Shown piece after piece: positions 19,799-28,717 of a DNA stretch of 64,000 nucleotides (position 1 is the stretch's first letter; the number at the start of each line of letters is the position of its first letter). The notes under the pieces were generated by a model that was given only the letters and a program-made list of their open reading frames with translations, made no database searches and had not been told where the DNA came from. The position numbers were made by a program, and so were the translations under genes. Source of the stretch: a virus; the IMG/VR virus record IMGVR_UViG_3300021961_000065, positions 10,814 through 74,813 of that record. One strand, written 5' to 3'.

Positions 19799-20895
19799 TT
19801 AAAGTAAGGACCTTCTAACCATGTTACACAACTATATCGTACTCCTTCTGTAACAGGTTCTACTCCATGTAACATATAACTAGGAAAAACTATTATAGTA
19901 CCTTTTTCTTGAGGCGGGTAAAACTTTTTATGTGTAGTTTGAATATAAAACTTACCACCTTTGTAGTCATCATTAAGAAAAGCTAATACTGTTAGTTTTC
20001 TAGTTTCGTTACTATGTTTATGTATTGTATCTACATGAGGATAATAACGTCCATCTTGTTTATAAATTAAAAATTCAGATTGGTTAGTATGTGTTACATT
20101 ATATTTCCACCAATAATTATTAGCATTTAAACCAGTAGCAGCTAATGTAGCACTAATACCTACATTAGGTTGTAATATAACTCTTTCAACATCTCTAATA
20201 TTTTTATCTAAATTATTATCACCTATATAAGCAGGTTCTTTTTTAATACTATCTTGACTATAAGTATTAATAAGATTTTGACAAAAACTATCTGTTATAT
20301 GATTCTTAAATATAGCACAGTCAGTTAATCTATTATTTATAACTGTAGAAGGTTTTGGTATTCCTAAAGATTCTCTGCTATCATACTTTTGATCTGCATG
20401 AGGACCATCTGCATCTACATAGTGTAAGAATACTTGAGCCTGCCACTGTCCCTCTGTATATTTGTTTCTCCAATGTTCTAAATCCATACCACGATAAAGA
20501 ACAGCATCTCCTACTTCCATATCTATTTTATTATGTTCCATATAAATAGACCAAGGTTTACCTTCAAATCCTAAAGTAAGAGTAGCTGATATTTCACAAG
20601 CAGGTCTATCTGTATGTTTTTTTAACTCATCATTAGGTTGATATAACCTAGCATAAGAATAAGTAGGATATAATTTTTTACCACTAGCTTTTTCAAAATA
20701 AGGTAATAAATCCTCAAGAAGCTCATCAAAGTTTTTTTGTCCATAGATACCATAAGATAATGGACATTGTTTATCTTTTGTAGCTTCACCTTTATTTACT
20801 AAATCTTTTAATAAATTAGTATATCGTTTACAAGTATTTCTATTAATAAATTCTTTTAAATGAACGTATCCATTTTTATCGAAATCGTTGGTCAC
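19795..20895 (-). CDS. Tandem two-domain 2OG-Fe(II) oxygenase
   Basis: Domain 1: HTDRPACEIS..HWR..QVFLHYV. Domain 2: HVD..RKLT..HGVEPVT.GVRYS.V.W. Confidence 0.85.
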   Translation of the reverse strand: MTNDFDKNGYVHLKEFINRNTCKRYTNLLKDLVNKGEATKDKQCPLSYGIYGQKNFDELLEDLLPYFEKASGKKLYPTYSYARLYQPNDELKKHTDRPACEISATLTLGFEGKPWSIYMEHNKIDMEVGDAVLYRGMDLEHWRNKYTEGQWQAQVFLHYVDADGPHADQKYDSRESLGIPKPSTVINNRLTDCAIFKNHITDSFCQNLINTYSQDSIKKEPAYIGDNNLDKNIRDVERVILQPNVGISATLAATGLNANNYWWKYNVTHTNQSEFLIYKQDGRYYPHVDTIHKHSNETRKLTVLAFLNDDYKGGKFYIQTTHKKFYPPQEKGTIIVFPSYMLHGVEPVTEGVRYSCVTWLEGPYFK

Positions 20896-20914
20896 GATTA
20901 TCCTTTCTAATTAT

Positions 20915-21223
20915 TTAGACTGAAACTTTAGTCCAGGTGTCTGTAGTCCAATCCCATTGATAGTCTTCTATTAAATTACCTTCTGCATCTTCTGCAAGAG
21001 CTCCTGCTGTACTTTGATGAACAGCATCAGGTAAAATTCTAAACGTGTTTGTAGTAGGATCATACCAATAATCATAACTTTCTATAGAATCAGGACAATC
21101 TTTCCATTCCATTGAAGAATGTACTTCAAATTCATTTCCAGAATCTACTACTTCTAAAACTCGATAGCCTCTATTATCTTGTCCTTTAGATTCATTTGTA
21201 TTAACTAATGCTTTTTTTGTCAT
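20915..21223 (-). CDS. Hypothetical protein (possible fibre chaperone)
   Basis: Acidic and Trp-rich, directly after the fibre gene. Confidence 0.45.
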   Translation of the reverse strand: MTKKALVNTNESKGQDNRGYRVLEVVDSGNEFEVHSSMEWKDCPDSIESYDYWYDPTTNTFRILPDAVHQSTAGALAEDAEGNLIEDYQWDWTTDTWTKVSV

Positions 21224-21235
21224 AATTTATTCCTA

Positions 21236-22204
21236 TTAATATTCTACGATAACGCTACCTGCTTGACCTGCTAAACCAGGACAACTAGATATTAGATGAC
21301 CTCCTCTACCTCCTGCACCTGTACCTCCACCATAGATACTAGCTCCTCCTACCATAAGAGAACCAGTAGAATGACTCAGTACAGAATGAGCATAACCTCC
21401 TGCAAAGTTTGCATTACCTCCTGTACCATTTCCAGGATTTCTTGGGTTTTTAGGTGGGTTAGAGTTAGCACAATAAGCTCCTTGACCTCCAGTAGCAGAA
21501 CAATAAGCTCCAAATGAAGAAGTACCTCCTGTTCCTCCATTTTGTCCACCACTTCCATTATTATTTGGATTACCTCCTGAACCTACAGTAACAGGTACAT
21601 TAGTTCCTGATGGAAATGAAATAACTTCTATAGCTGCTCCTGCTGCTGCTGCTCCATAATTACCTGCTGTGTTATAACAATATACTCCTCCACCTCCACC
21701 ACCTACAACAGTTACTTTAACTTTTTCTACTGTTCCTGGATTAGTCCATGTACCTGGTGAAGTAAATACTTGCATGTTAGAAAAACCACCTGCTGCCGCA
21801 GCAAGAGTAGTCCATGTCATTGTACCATCACCATCAGAGGCTAAGTATTGACCTGCTGTACCATTACCTGGAACATTAAGTTCATCAGCACCTACAGCAT
21901 TAGAAGCAATAGAATCAGCATTAACTGCACCAGTTGCTATATGTTCATTACCAATAGCATCATTTGCAATCTTAGTTCCATCAACTGCATCAGCAGCTAA
22001 TTTACCAGTAGTCACTGCAAGGTTATCAATGTCTGCTGTAGCTACTGTATTTTTAGATGCCAGTGCTCCGTCTGCAGAATTGACGTATGCTTTAATTTGT
22101 GATCCAGTAACTTTCTTACTGGTACCTGCTTCGTTGATTTCAAACTCATTGGCATCTGCTGCTACCGATGCTGCTGTTAAGTCTGAGATTTTAATGTTTG
22201 CCAT
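21236..22204 (-). CDS. Tail fibre / receptor-binding protein with Gly-rich C-terminal domain
   Basis: KISDL N-terminus, AVT..K.A..AV repeats and VGGGGGG..GG.GGTSSFG..G.V.VEY domain. Confidence 0.75.
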   Translation of the reverse strand: MANIKISDLTAASVAADANEFEINEAGTSKKVTGSQIKAYVNSADGALASKNTVATADIDNLAVTTGKLAADAVDGTKIANDAIGNEHIATGAVNADSIASNAVGADELNVPGNGTAGQYLASDGDGTMTWTTLAAAAGGFSNMQVFTSPGTWTNPGTVEKVKVTVVGGGGGGVYCYNTAGNYGAAAAGAAIEVISFPSGTNVPVTVGSGGNPNNNGSGGQNGGTGGTSSFGAYCSATGGQGAYCANSNPPKNPRNPGNGTGGNANFAGGYAHSVLSHSTGSLMVGGASIYGGGTGAGGRGGHLISSCPGLAGQAGSVIVEY

Positions 22205-22207
22205 CTT

Positions 22208-23122
22208 TTAATAACTCCTTTTCCAAGCTCCGTTAGTGTGTTTGTAAATTTTAATATTACCAGTCCAAGCTCCATTCCATTTAACATAAGGAAGAAACTC
22301 TTTCCAAGATCCATCATCTTTGTAGTAAGGTTCTGATGAGAATAAAGTTGTAACACCATTACCTACCATTGTTGCTGCTATAATATTGCCTTCAGCTTGT
22401 ATACCTGTTCTTACATCAGTACCATTCTCAAGTACTCGTATATCACCTGACTCTGTAATACGAGTAACATCTGTTGTCCCACCTTCAACAAATCCATTAA
22501 GTATTTTAACTGCAGATGGACTTAAAGTACCTGTACCTGTTTTATCAAACAGACCATATTGTATTCTAATACCTGCAGAAACTTTAGAACCTAATGATGC
22601 TAAACTTGATTCTGCTAATTGATTTCTATAACCTATAGCAGATACAGCTCCTGCACTTACAAGATTAACTGTAGGGAATTGAATCCTTGTACTAACTCCT
22701 AATTTACTACCTACAGCTTGTAAACTACTAAATACAAGACTTGTTGTATTAGGATAAATATTAGTAGTAGCTTCACCTACTAATGATATATCTGCTTGAG
22801 ATTTACCTGTACCTAAAGGAGCTAATGTAGCTGTTCCTGTTAATGAGGTAGCTCCTGAGTAGTCCATTCGTACTACATCAGTTATAGTACCTGTACTATT
22901 AAATTCACTGTAACCAAATACAGTTCGTTCTGCTGCTGATATTTTAGAACCTAAAACATCTAAATTAGAGAAACCATACTTAGTAAGTAAACCTACAGAG
23001 CTTATACTACTAGAAGCTGATACACTTGCAAAAGCTTCTACAAAGTTTTCAGTTATTCGAGTGTCAGACGACTGCGTAATGCGAATGTCGCCATTTTCGA
23101 GTATTCGAAAGCCGTCTGCCAT
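22208..23122 (-). CDS. Virion structural/fibre-associated protein
   Basis: Repeated RI(L/T)E.GDIR motifs; Ser/Gly/Thr-rich. Confidence 0.5.
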   Translation of the reverse strand: MADGFRILENGDIRITQSSDTRITENFVEAFASVSASSSISSVGLLTKYGFSNLDVLGSKISAAERTVFGYSEFNSTGTITDVVRMDYSGATSLTGTATLAPLGTGKSQADISLVGEATTNIYPNTTSLVFSSLQAVGSKLGVSTRIQFPTVNLVSAGAVSAIGYRNQLAESSLASLGSKVSAGIRIQYGLFDKTGTGTLSPSAVKILNGFVEGGTTDVTRITESGDIRVLENGTDVRTGIQAEGNIIAATMVGNGVTTLFSSEPYYKDDGSWKEFLPYVKWNGAWTGNIKIYKHTNGAWKRSY

Positions 23123-23134
23123 TTAAATAAGTCC

Positions 23135-23527
23135 TTAAGCTATTGTAAGGTCAATATTGCCAGTTGAAAACTGTAATGTGTCTCCATCATTAACAACTTT
23201 AGAAGCAGTCATAGAACCATGCCATAACAAGTTTCCTGCAGATACAGCATCAAAAATACCTATGTGAGTAATTGTGCCCCAGTTACCTCCACTTGCAGTG
23301 AAAGAAATATCTGCTGAGTTAGATGTTGTACCACCTGGTGATGATGCTGCATCAAAAGCTGCTGATTCTCTTGCATAGCCTGAACCTGATACTTCAGTAC
23401 CTCCTCCACTATCTGAAGGTGCTGCAGTAAATAATCCTACATACCATGCTGTTGGTCTTGTAGCAGAGCCAGTTGTCATCATCCAATCTAATAACAATTT
23501 CTCTGCGTAATCTGATAAAGCTGCCAT
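23135..23527 (-). CDS. Conserved small tail-associated protein
   Basis: Y.GLFTA.P..GTEVSG.GYAR..WGTITH.GI.DA...GN.L family signature. Confidence 0.65.
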   Translation of the reverse strand: MAALSDYAEKLLLDWMMTTGSATRPTAWYVGLFTAAPSDSGGGTEVSGSGYARESAAFDAASSPGGTTSNSADISFTASGGNWGTITHIGIFDAVSAGNLLWHGSMTASKVVNDGDTLQFSTGNIDLTIA

Positions 23528-23546
23528 ATTATAAGTCTCCTCTTAA

Positions 23547-23891
23547 TTAAGTTATTTTAAACCAAATATCACCATCACTACCTCCTGAAGGTGAAGCTGT
23601 GCTAACAGTAACACTCTGGGTGATACTGGCATAATTGTTATAGACTGTTTGCATAGATGTTAAATAGTCTACACCATTAACTGTTAAACTTGTTACTGAC
23701 AATCCACCTGCATTAAGAATGTCATTGTTATTCATATCAAAATCATTCAACATCTGGTTAGGTTCACCAGATGGATTGTTTCGATATAGAACCTTATTAT
23801 TAAATTCGTCTTCTATTTGGTTAAAACTAGCGTTTAGTGCTGTGGTACTAGCGTAACCTGATGCTATGTCACTTACTGTAATTTTAGCCAT
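23547..23891 (-). CDS. Short tail-fibre anchor/adaptor-like protein
   Basis: LN..F..IE.....L.R.....PNQM..D.DMN.N.ILN anchor motif; ends PSGG.DGDIWF. Confidence 0.55.
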   Translation of the reverse strand: MAKITVSDIASGYASTTALNASFNQIEDEFNNKVLYRNNPSGEPNQMLNDFDMNNNDILNAGGLSVTSLTVNGVDYLTSMQTVYNNYASITQSVTVSTASPSGGSDGDIWFKIT

Positions 23892-24141
23892 TACGTTTCC
23901 TTCTTGCCTCTTTTGTTAAATTAGTTTTAGCAGAAACAACTCTAAGGTTACTTCTACTATTAGAACCACCATTCTTTAAAGTCTTAACGTGATCTACTTG
24001 TTTTGGATCACCTACTTTTAATCCCATCTTCTTACGAGCGGCATTACGAGCTGCTCGATCTTTTACTCGTGTCGGTTTCTTTTTCTTTTCCCAAGAGAGT
24101 TCTTTCTTGTAGTCTCTCTTTCCTTTAGTCATGTAAGGCAT
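23884..24141 (-). CDS. HNH-like small basic protein
   Basis: VDH...L..GGSN...NL.V.....N motif. Confidence 0.7.
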   Translation of the reverse strand: MPYMTKGKRDYKKELSWEKKKKPTRVKDRAARNAARKKMGLKVGDPKQVDHVKTLKNGGSNSRSNLRVVSAKTNLTKEARRKRNG

Positions 24142-24692
24142 TAGTCTTTTTCTCCATTAACAACTTTAAGACCAATCCGTTCCATATCTGTTTCAAGTTC
24201 TTTTCGAGCTCCTGCTTGAATTTTACGTTCACGCTCTATTTCTTCTTTGCTAGGTCGTCCTCGTTTTACTTCGTATCCTTTTTCAGCAAGATACTTAGAA
24301 GCTTGTACTCCTTTAGCATCATTATCTCGTGAAGCATGAATCAAAGCTTTTAAGCCTAATGCTTTTAGTTTAATATCTAATTCCTCTCTCCATGATTTAA
24401 TTTCATCTTTGATAGCAGGTAGAGTGTCGTTAGCTAACTTGTTCCAATGATCCCAAGAGCTAAACACATCTGTAGCGAATTCATATTCATATTTAGGAAC
24501 ATGATCGTAAGACAAGTAAATCTTTTTAAGTGAATAATATAATTTGCCGTCTCTCTCAATATTATCAGATTTAAGCGTAAAGATAGGAGGAAACTTTTCT
24601 TCTGTTCCATAGCGAAGTTCCCAAAATAAACTTTGGGTACGATAACGACCTATGTCGTCTTTCATGACAGAATGAAACTTTTTTAAATCCAT
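24141..24692 (-). CDS. Putative terminase small subunit
   Basis: First gene of the morphogenesis arm; W.HW, A.KYL and KRGRPSK motifs. Assignment mainly from position and family recall. Confidence 0.5.
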   Translation of the reverse strand: MDLKKFHSVMKDDIGRYRTQSLFWELRYGTEEKFPPIFTLKSDNIERDGKLYYSLKKIYLSYDHVPKYEYEFATDVFSSWDHWNKLANDTLPAIKDEIKSWREELDIKLKALGLKALIHASRDNDAKGVQASKYLAEKGYEVKRGRPSKEEIERERKIQAGARKELETDMERIGLKVVNGEKD

Positions 24693-24720
24693 AGTAAAGA
24701 GGAAAAGATATTATATGAAT

Positions 24721-24749
24721 AGTATAACAAAAAAATATATTCTTGTCAA
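24721..24749 (-). promoter_or_regulatory. Sigma70-type promoter heading the morphogenesis arm
   Basis: TTGACA-N17-TATACT on the minus strand. Confidence 0.75.
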
Positions 24750-24786
24750 GTAATATTTGAGATATTTATAAAAATATCGAAAATGA

Positions 24787-24880
24787 AGTAATTGTCGTTT
24801 TGTAGTATAGTAATTACTAATTACTGTTATTAGTTATTATAGTAATTAGTAATACTACATAACTACAGTAATTAGTAATT
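24787..24880. repeat. Array of AGTAATT heptamers in both orientations
   Basis: Five direct copies (24787, 24809, 24841, 24867, 24874) and two inverted copies (24812, 24819). Confidence 0.7.
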
Positions 24881-25320
24881 AGACATATTAAGTTCAGAAT
24901 AGTTTGATAGATTTTACTTATCATAATACTATGTGATAAGTTTTACTTATGGATACCTAGTAGCTATGCTATGCGAGAGGTCGTTTTTACCTCGAGCACG
25001 ATAATTAGTTCCCCCTGACATTAGGAATTTCTATGAGATAATTATTTGTTGTAATGCAATCTGTCCTTGTCATGGGTGTGTTCCCCCCTGTACCCTTCCA
25101 GACAGTGACATATATTTAACATGTACCAACAATTACTTGAGGAGACTGATGAGTTGTATTGTATTATTTACACTATTGCCACTGTAACTTATTGATTTTA
25201 TTGTAAGAGATACATTATTATTCTTAACTGTCATATATTACTCTAACTATATTCTAAATAGTTATATAACGTACATTCTACAGGAGTTTCCCATGACTGT
25301 CGTGCTCATATTTTTTCTGT

Positions 25321-25501
25321 GTGCTTCGCACTCTATTTAATATTCGCATCATTCATTACCCACGCTCAATCGCCGCTCGGGCTTACACACTCACTCTAGT
25401 TTACCACATGGTTCAAGACCTTCCGTTCACTGCGTTCACTTCAGCGAGAAATGCTTCGCATTTGTCTTGACCTCATGTGATCACTAGATTACGAGTGTGT
25501 A
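25321..25501 (-). other. Structured non-coding element: long stem with GNA-triloop hairpins
   Basis: 25384-25419 pairs with 25464-25501. Minus-strand mini-hairpins C-GAA-G (25321-25331, 25449-25463) and C-GCA-G (25425-25439). Confidence 0.65.
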
Positions 25502-25549
25502 TTACACTTATTTCATTATTATAAATCTATATTTTTTTAGGAGCTTATT

Positions 25550-25738
25550 ATGAACGACAAATTAATCTTTGGTTTTGACGAATGGATGCTTGACTTAATT
25601 CACTATCATGAAATGAATATGGAGCAAGCCATGCAACTTGCTCATATTTGTTACGATGAAGATGAATATGATCCATGGAATGATACAATATTCGATACTC
25701 TCGAAGAGTACGAGCTTGACGAGGGACAAGTTTATTAA
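25550..25738 (+). CDS. First early gene, highly acidic small protein
   Basis: AGGAG RBS; 18 D/E versus 1 K and 0 R in 62 aa. Confidence 0.7.
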   Translation: MNDKLIFGFDEWMLDLIHYHEMNMEQAMQLAHICYDEDEYDPWNDTIFDTLEEYELDEGQVY

Positions 25739-25751
25739 CCCTCTAAACCTC

Positions 25752-25791
25752 AAAGCGAGTGCCTCTCTCTTTCGTGAGAGAGGCTCTCTTT
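25752..25791 (+). terminator. Stem-loop (terminator or RNA processing site)
   Basis: GCCTCTCTC/GAGAGAGGC stem followed by a T-rich tract. Confidence 0.55.
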
Positions 25792-25822
25792 ATTTATTAT
25801 TTAACAAAAAGGAAACTATATT

Positions 25823-26275
25823 ATGTCTAAACAACTTACATTTGATAAAAACTTACTTACTCAACATAGCTACACTGTTAAATCTGAATTTGATAAGCTC
25901 GAGGGTTTAGAGCCGTTCAATTTCATACAGTCCTTGGTGAAAGGTAAGTCAGCTAACATGATGCTTGCTCTTGCAGAAAGTATCCTACGGCAAGCTAATT
26001 ACGATCAGTTCAAGAAGTACAACTCACCACTAGAACGAGATGTATCGAGCTTAATCATCAAATCAAAAGCAATACGAGAGGAAAACAAAGCTCTAATCGC
26101 AGAGCGTATGGCTAAGAAAGATGCTCAATCAGACACTGTTGAACAATCTGTAATCGTTGTAAATGAAGATGGCAAGCAGATTGGTGCAAGAGTAGAGGTT
26201 CTTGCAGAGCGTGGCAGACCTGAGATTGAGTATGCTCAAGAGTCAACATCAGCAAATGGGGGTGCAGTAGCGTAA
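25823..26275 (+). CDS. Early hypothetical protein
   Basis: AAGGA RBS; followed by a terminator. Confidence 0.7.
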   Translation: MSKQLTFDKNLLTQHSYTVKSEFDKLEGLEPFNFIQSLVKGKSANMMLALAESILRQANYDQFKKYNSPLERDVSSLIIKSKAIREENKALIAERMAKKDAQSDTVEQSVIVVNEDGKQIGARVEVLAERGRPEIEYAQESTSANGGAVA

Positions 26276-26295
26276 GCTACTCCCCCTTTTTTTTT
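26258..26295 (+). terminator. Intrinsic terminator
   Basis: GGGGG..AGTAGC-GTAA-GCTACT-CCCCC followed by T9. Confidence 0.85.
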
Positions 26296-26327
26296 GCTAA
26301 GACGGCAGGGGACCAGGGGTCGGTCAC

Positions 26328-26570
26328 TTGTACAAATACGCAACTTTTGACTTATACTTTTACAGGAGTTTTTGTATGAACGAAATTTTTGATGTAGTTA
26401 TAGCAGCAATAGGTACAGTATTATTTACTGGACTAGCAATCTATACATATTTTATAGATGGATCATCTGCATTATTGTTCATGTTTATCTGTGGAGCAAC
26501 AGCATTTGGTTTGATATTAATCTCAATAGTTAGTTATGTCATTGATATTACTGGGGGTAAAAAGAAATGA
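26328..26570 (+). CDS. Small two-TM membrane protein
   Basis: Two hydrophobic helices; probable start at MNEIF after AGGAG. Confidence 0.65.
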   Translation: MYKYATFDLYFYRSFCMNEIFDVVIAAIGTVLFTGLAIYTYFIDGSSALLFMFICGATAFGLILISIVSYVIDITGGKKK

Positions 26571-27565
26571 CTTATACAATTATATTCCAACACAATGGAC
26601 AAAACTTAAATTGGATCTCGGGCCTGCCCTCACTTGAGCAGGCTCGAGCTCACCTTAAAGACTGGGTGCAATATGCTAAGCCAGGTGATAACTTTGTAAT
26701 ACAAGAAGGGATTGATGAATGTTAACAATAAAAGATGCAGAAGTTCTTAACTATGATACACTATTAGAAATGTGGGCAGAAGAATATATTTTGTATCACA
26801 ACAAGCTTCCACATAAGAATATAAAGTTCCGATACAAATTGGAATTGTTAAATGAAATCAATACTTTACGTAAACAACAACAGTTGGAGAAGTCCGAATG
26901 AAAAGTACTATATATGAAGTTTTAAATCGTAATGGTAAAAGCCTTGGCTTTGTACAAGGTAAAGACATTGAAGAATGTAATTCAATGGCTGAAGAATTTT
27001 ATGGTGATAACTTTTATTCTTTACACAGAGTTACAAGTTATCCTGGATCAATCGATGTTAAAATTGGAGGTAGTAACTAATGTATAATAGAGAAAGAGAA
27101 AAGTTATATGACAGTTGGCTAACTGATTATGATAAATATCTTGATGATCAATGGCAACGACAAAATGATCAAGAACGTCAACAATGGGAAGAGGAAAATA
27201 AAAATGAGTAAATTTCATTTTGAAGTAGAAGAACGACACTTATACAAGTTTGATATAAACGCTAATGATCGTGATCAAGCAATACGAATATTTACTGAAC
27301 ATGCTTCACTTTATATGAAAGATGATACTTTAGAAAATATTCATTTAGATTATGAAGTTACTGAATAAGGAATATAACTATGAAAGTAACTTGCGATAGA
27401 TGCAATTTATCAATCAAATATAAAGGGGACTATTTGTTCAATGATGGACAATTTTTTGGAGATAATGGAGACCGAATATTATTTAAATTAAATGAAGTTA
27501 TTTGTTCACATTGTATAGAAGAACTCGCAAGAGTAGGTGATCCACATGTGCGTGTGCAGCCTTAA
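26567..27565 (+). CDS. Run of about six short, coupled early hypothetical ORFs
   Basis: Track ORFs 26719, 26898, 27129 (probable start 27204) and 27380 (CxxC..CxxC), plus unlisted ORFs at 26567 and 27080 with overlapping stop/start codons. Confidence 0.55.
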
Positions 27566-27747
27566 ATGCTGATGAGCAGCCAGACTTTAATCCATGTCTT
27601 TAAATTTGATTGGTCAATCTCAGCGACTTAAAACTGAAATCTGTCGCAACATGCAGTCGACATTAACTCACTGTCTGAGTGGAAGTAATGGCAGTGATTC
27701 CCAAAAAAACACATTCTGCCATTTAATTTTTTAGAAGGAGCTTAACT

Positions 27748-28221
27748 ATGGGTTTAGATATGCACTTACTAGGTGAGCGTTATATATGGAAACATACTAA
27801 CGAACCTCAAGAAGATTTACTACGTAACAAAGTAGCACAAGCAACTGGCTTTAAACCTAATCAAGTTCAAGGTATTAAATTAGATCTTGGTTACTGGAGA
27901 AAAGCTAACCACATACATAATTGGTTTGTTGAAAACATACAAAGTGGTGAAGATAACTGTCGTCAATATCATGTTGAAAGATCTGAGTTAATGGATCTAA
28001 AACATATATGTCAACGTATCATGGATCGTGTAGAAAATGGTGATGAATGGAAGTCTTATGCAGAAGAAGTATTACCATGCTGTGATGGCTTCTTCTTTGG
28101 TAGCACAGAGATTGATGACTATTATCTTGAAGCTTGTAAAGAAACCATACGCATTATTGATAACATCATTACTGACCCTGCATTAACTGATGTTGATTTG
28201 TATTACGCATCATCATGGTAA
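27748..28221 (+). CDS. Conserved phage hypothetical protein
   Basis: MGLDM..YWRKANHIHNWF..GFFFGS..Y.SSW family signature; AAGGAG RBS. Confidence 0.75.
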   Translation: MGLDMHLLGERYIWKHTNEPQEDLLRNKVAQATGFKPNQVQGIKLDLGYWRKANHIHNWFVENIQSGEDNCRQYHVERSELMDLKHICQRIMDRVENGDEWKSYAEEVLPCCDGFFFGSTEIDDYYLEACKETIRIIDNIITDPALTDVDLYYASSW

Positions 28222-28717
28222 AGTACATAATATTATTAATGTGTGTATTACATGTATTACAAATACAAGCTAGTGTTGTAATTATAGAACCTGATGGTGA
28301 TGTAAAACAATGTTATATAGATTCATCAGGTATTATGATATGTATTTAAGGAGAGATTTATGTCATGTGATCCAAATAAAGAAGCTATACTAGAACAGAT
28401 GTATGAAGAGTGGTATGACTTTTACAAAGAAGAAGGTTTCATAGGTGAGCAGTTATGTATACTTGCAGAAGAAGCTGCTTTAAATCAATATCAATCAGGT
28501 GATTTTTACCAAGGAGATTATGATGTCGAGTAAATTTGTACGTTGGACTTTACTAGCTCAAACAGAAGATGGATTAGATTACGATGTGTCGAGCCACGTT
28601 CCAGTGGGCCTCGACAATCGTCTTAATGATTTTCTAGATGATCTAGAACAATACTGGGATGAGGAGGATCTTGATCCAATAGAATGGGAAGGAGAAGATG
28701 ATGCAAGGAGTAAATAG
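28215..28717 (+). CDS. Three short early ORFs (28215-28349 signal-peptide-like; 28360-28533 and ~28520-28717 acidic)
   Basis: Hand translation; AAGGAG RBS before 28360 and 28520. Confidence 0.5.

Noticed and set aside
24787-24880. CRISPR-like array
   Set aside because: Units are 7 bp with irregular spacing and no spacer structure or cas genes.
27569-27639. Hammerhead ribozyme (CTGATGA...GAAA)
   Set aside because: The bases after CTGATGA and before GAAA do not form stem II, and stems I and III could not be built. The CTGATGA near 25146 also lacks a suitable GAAA partner.
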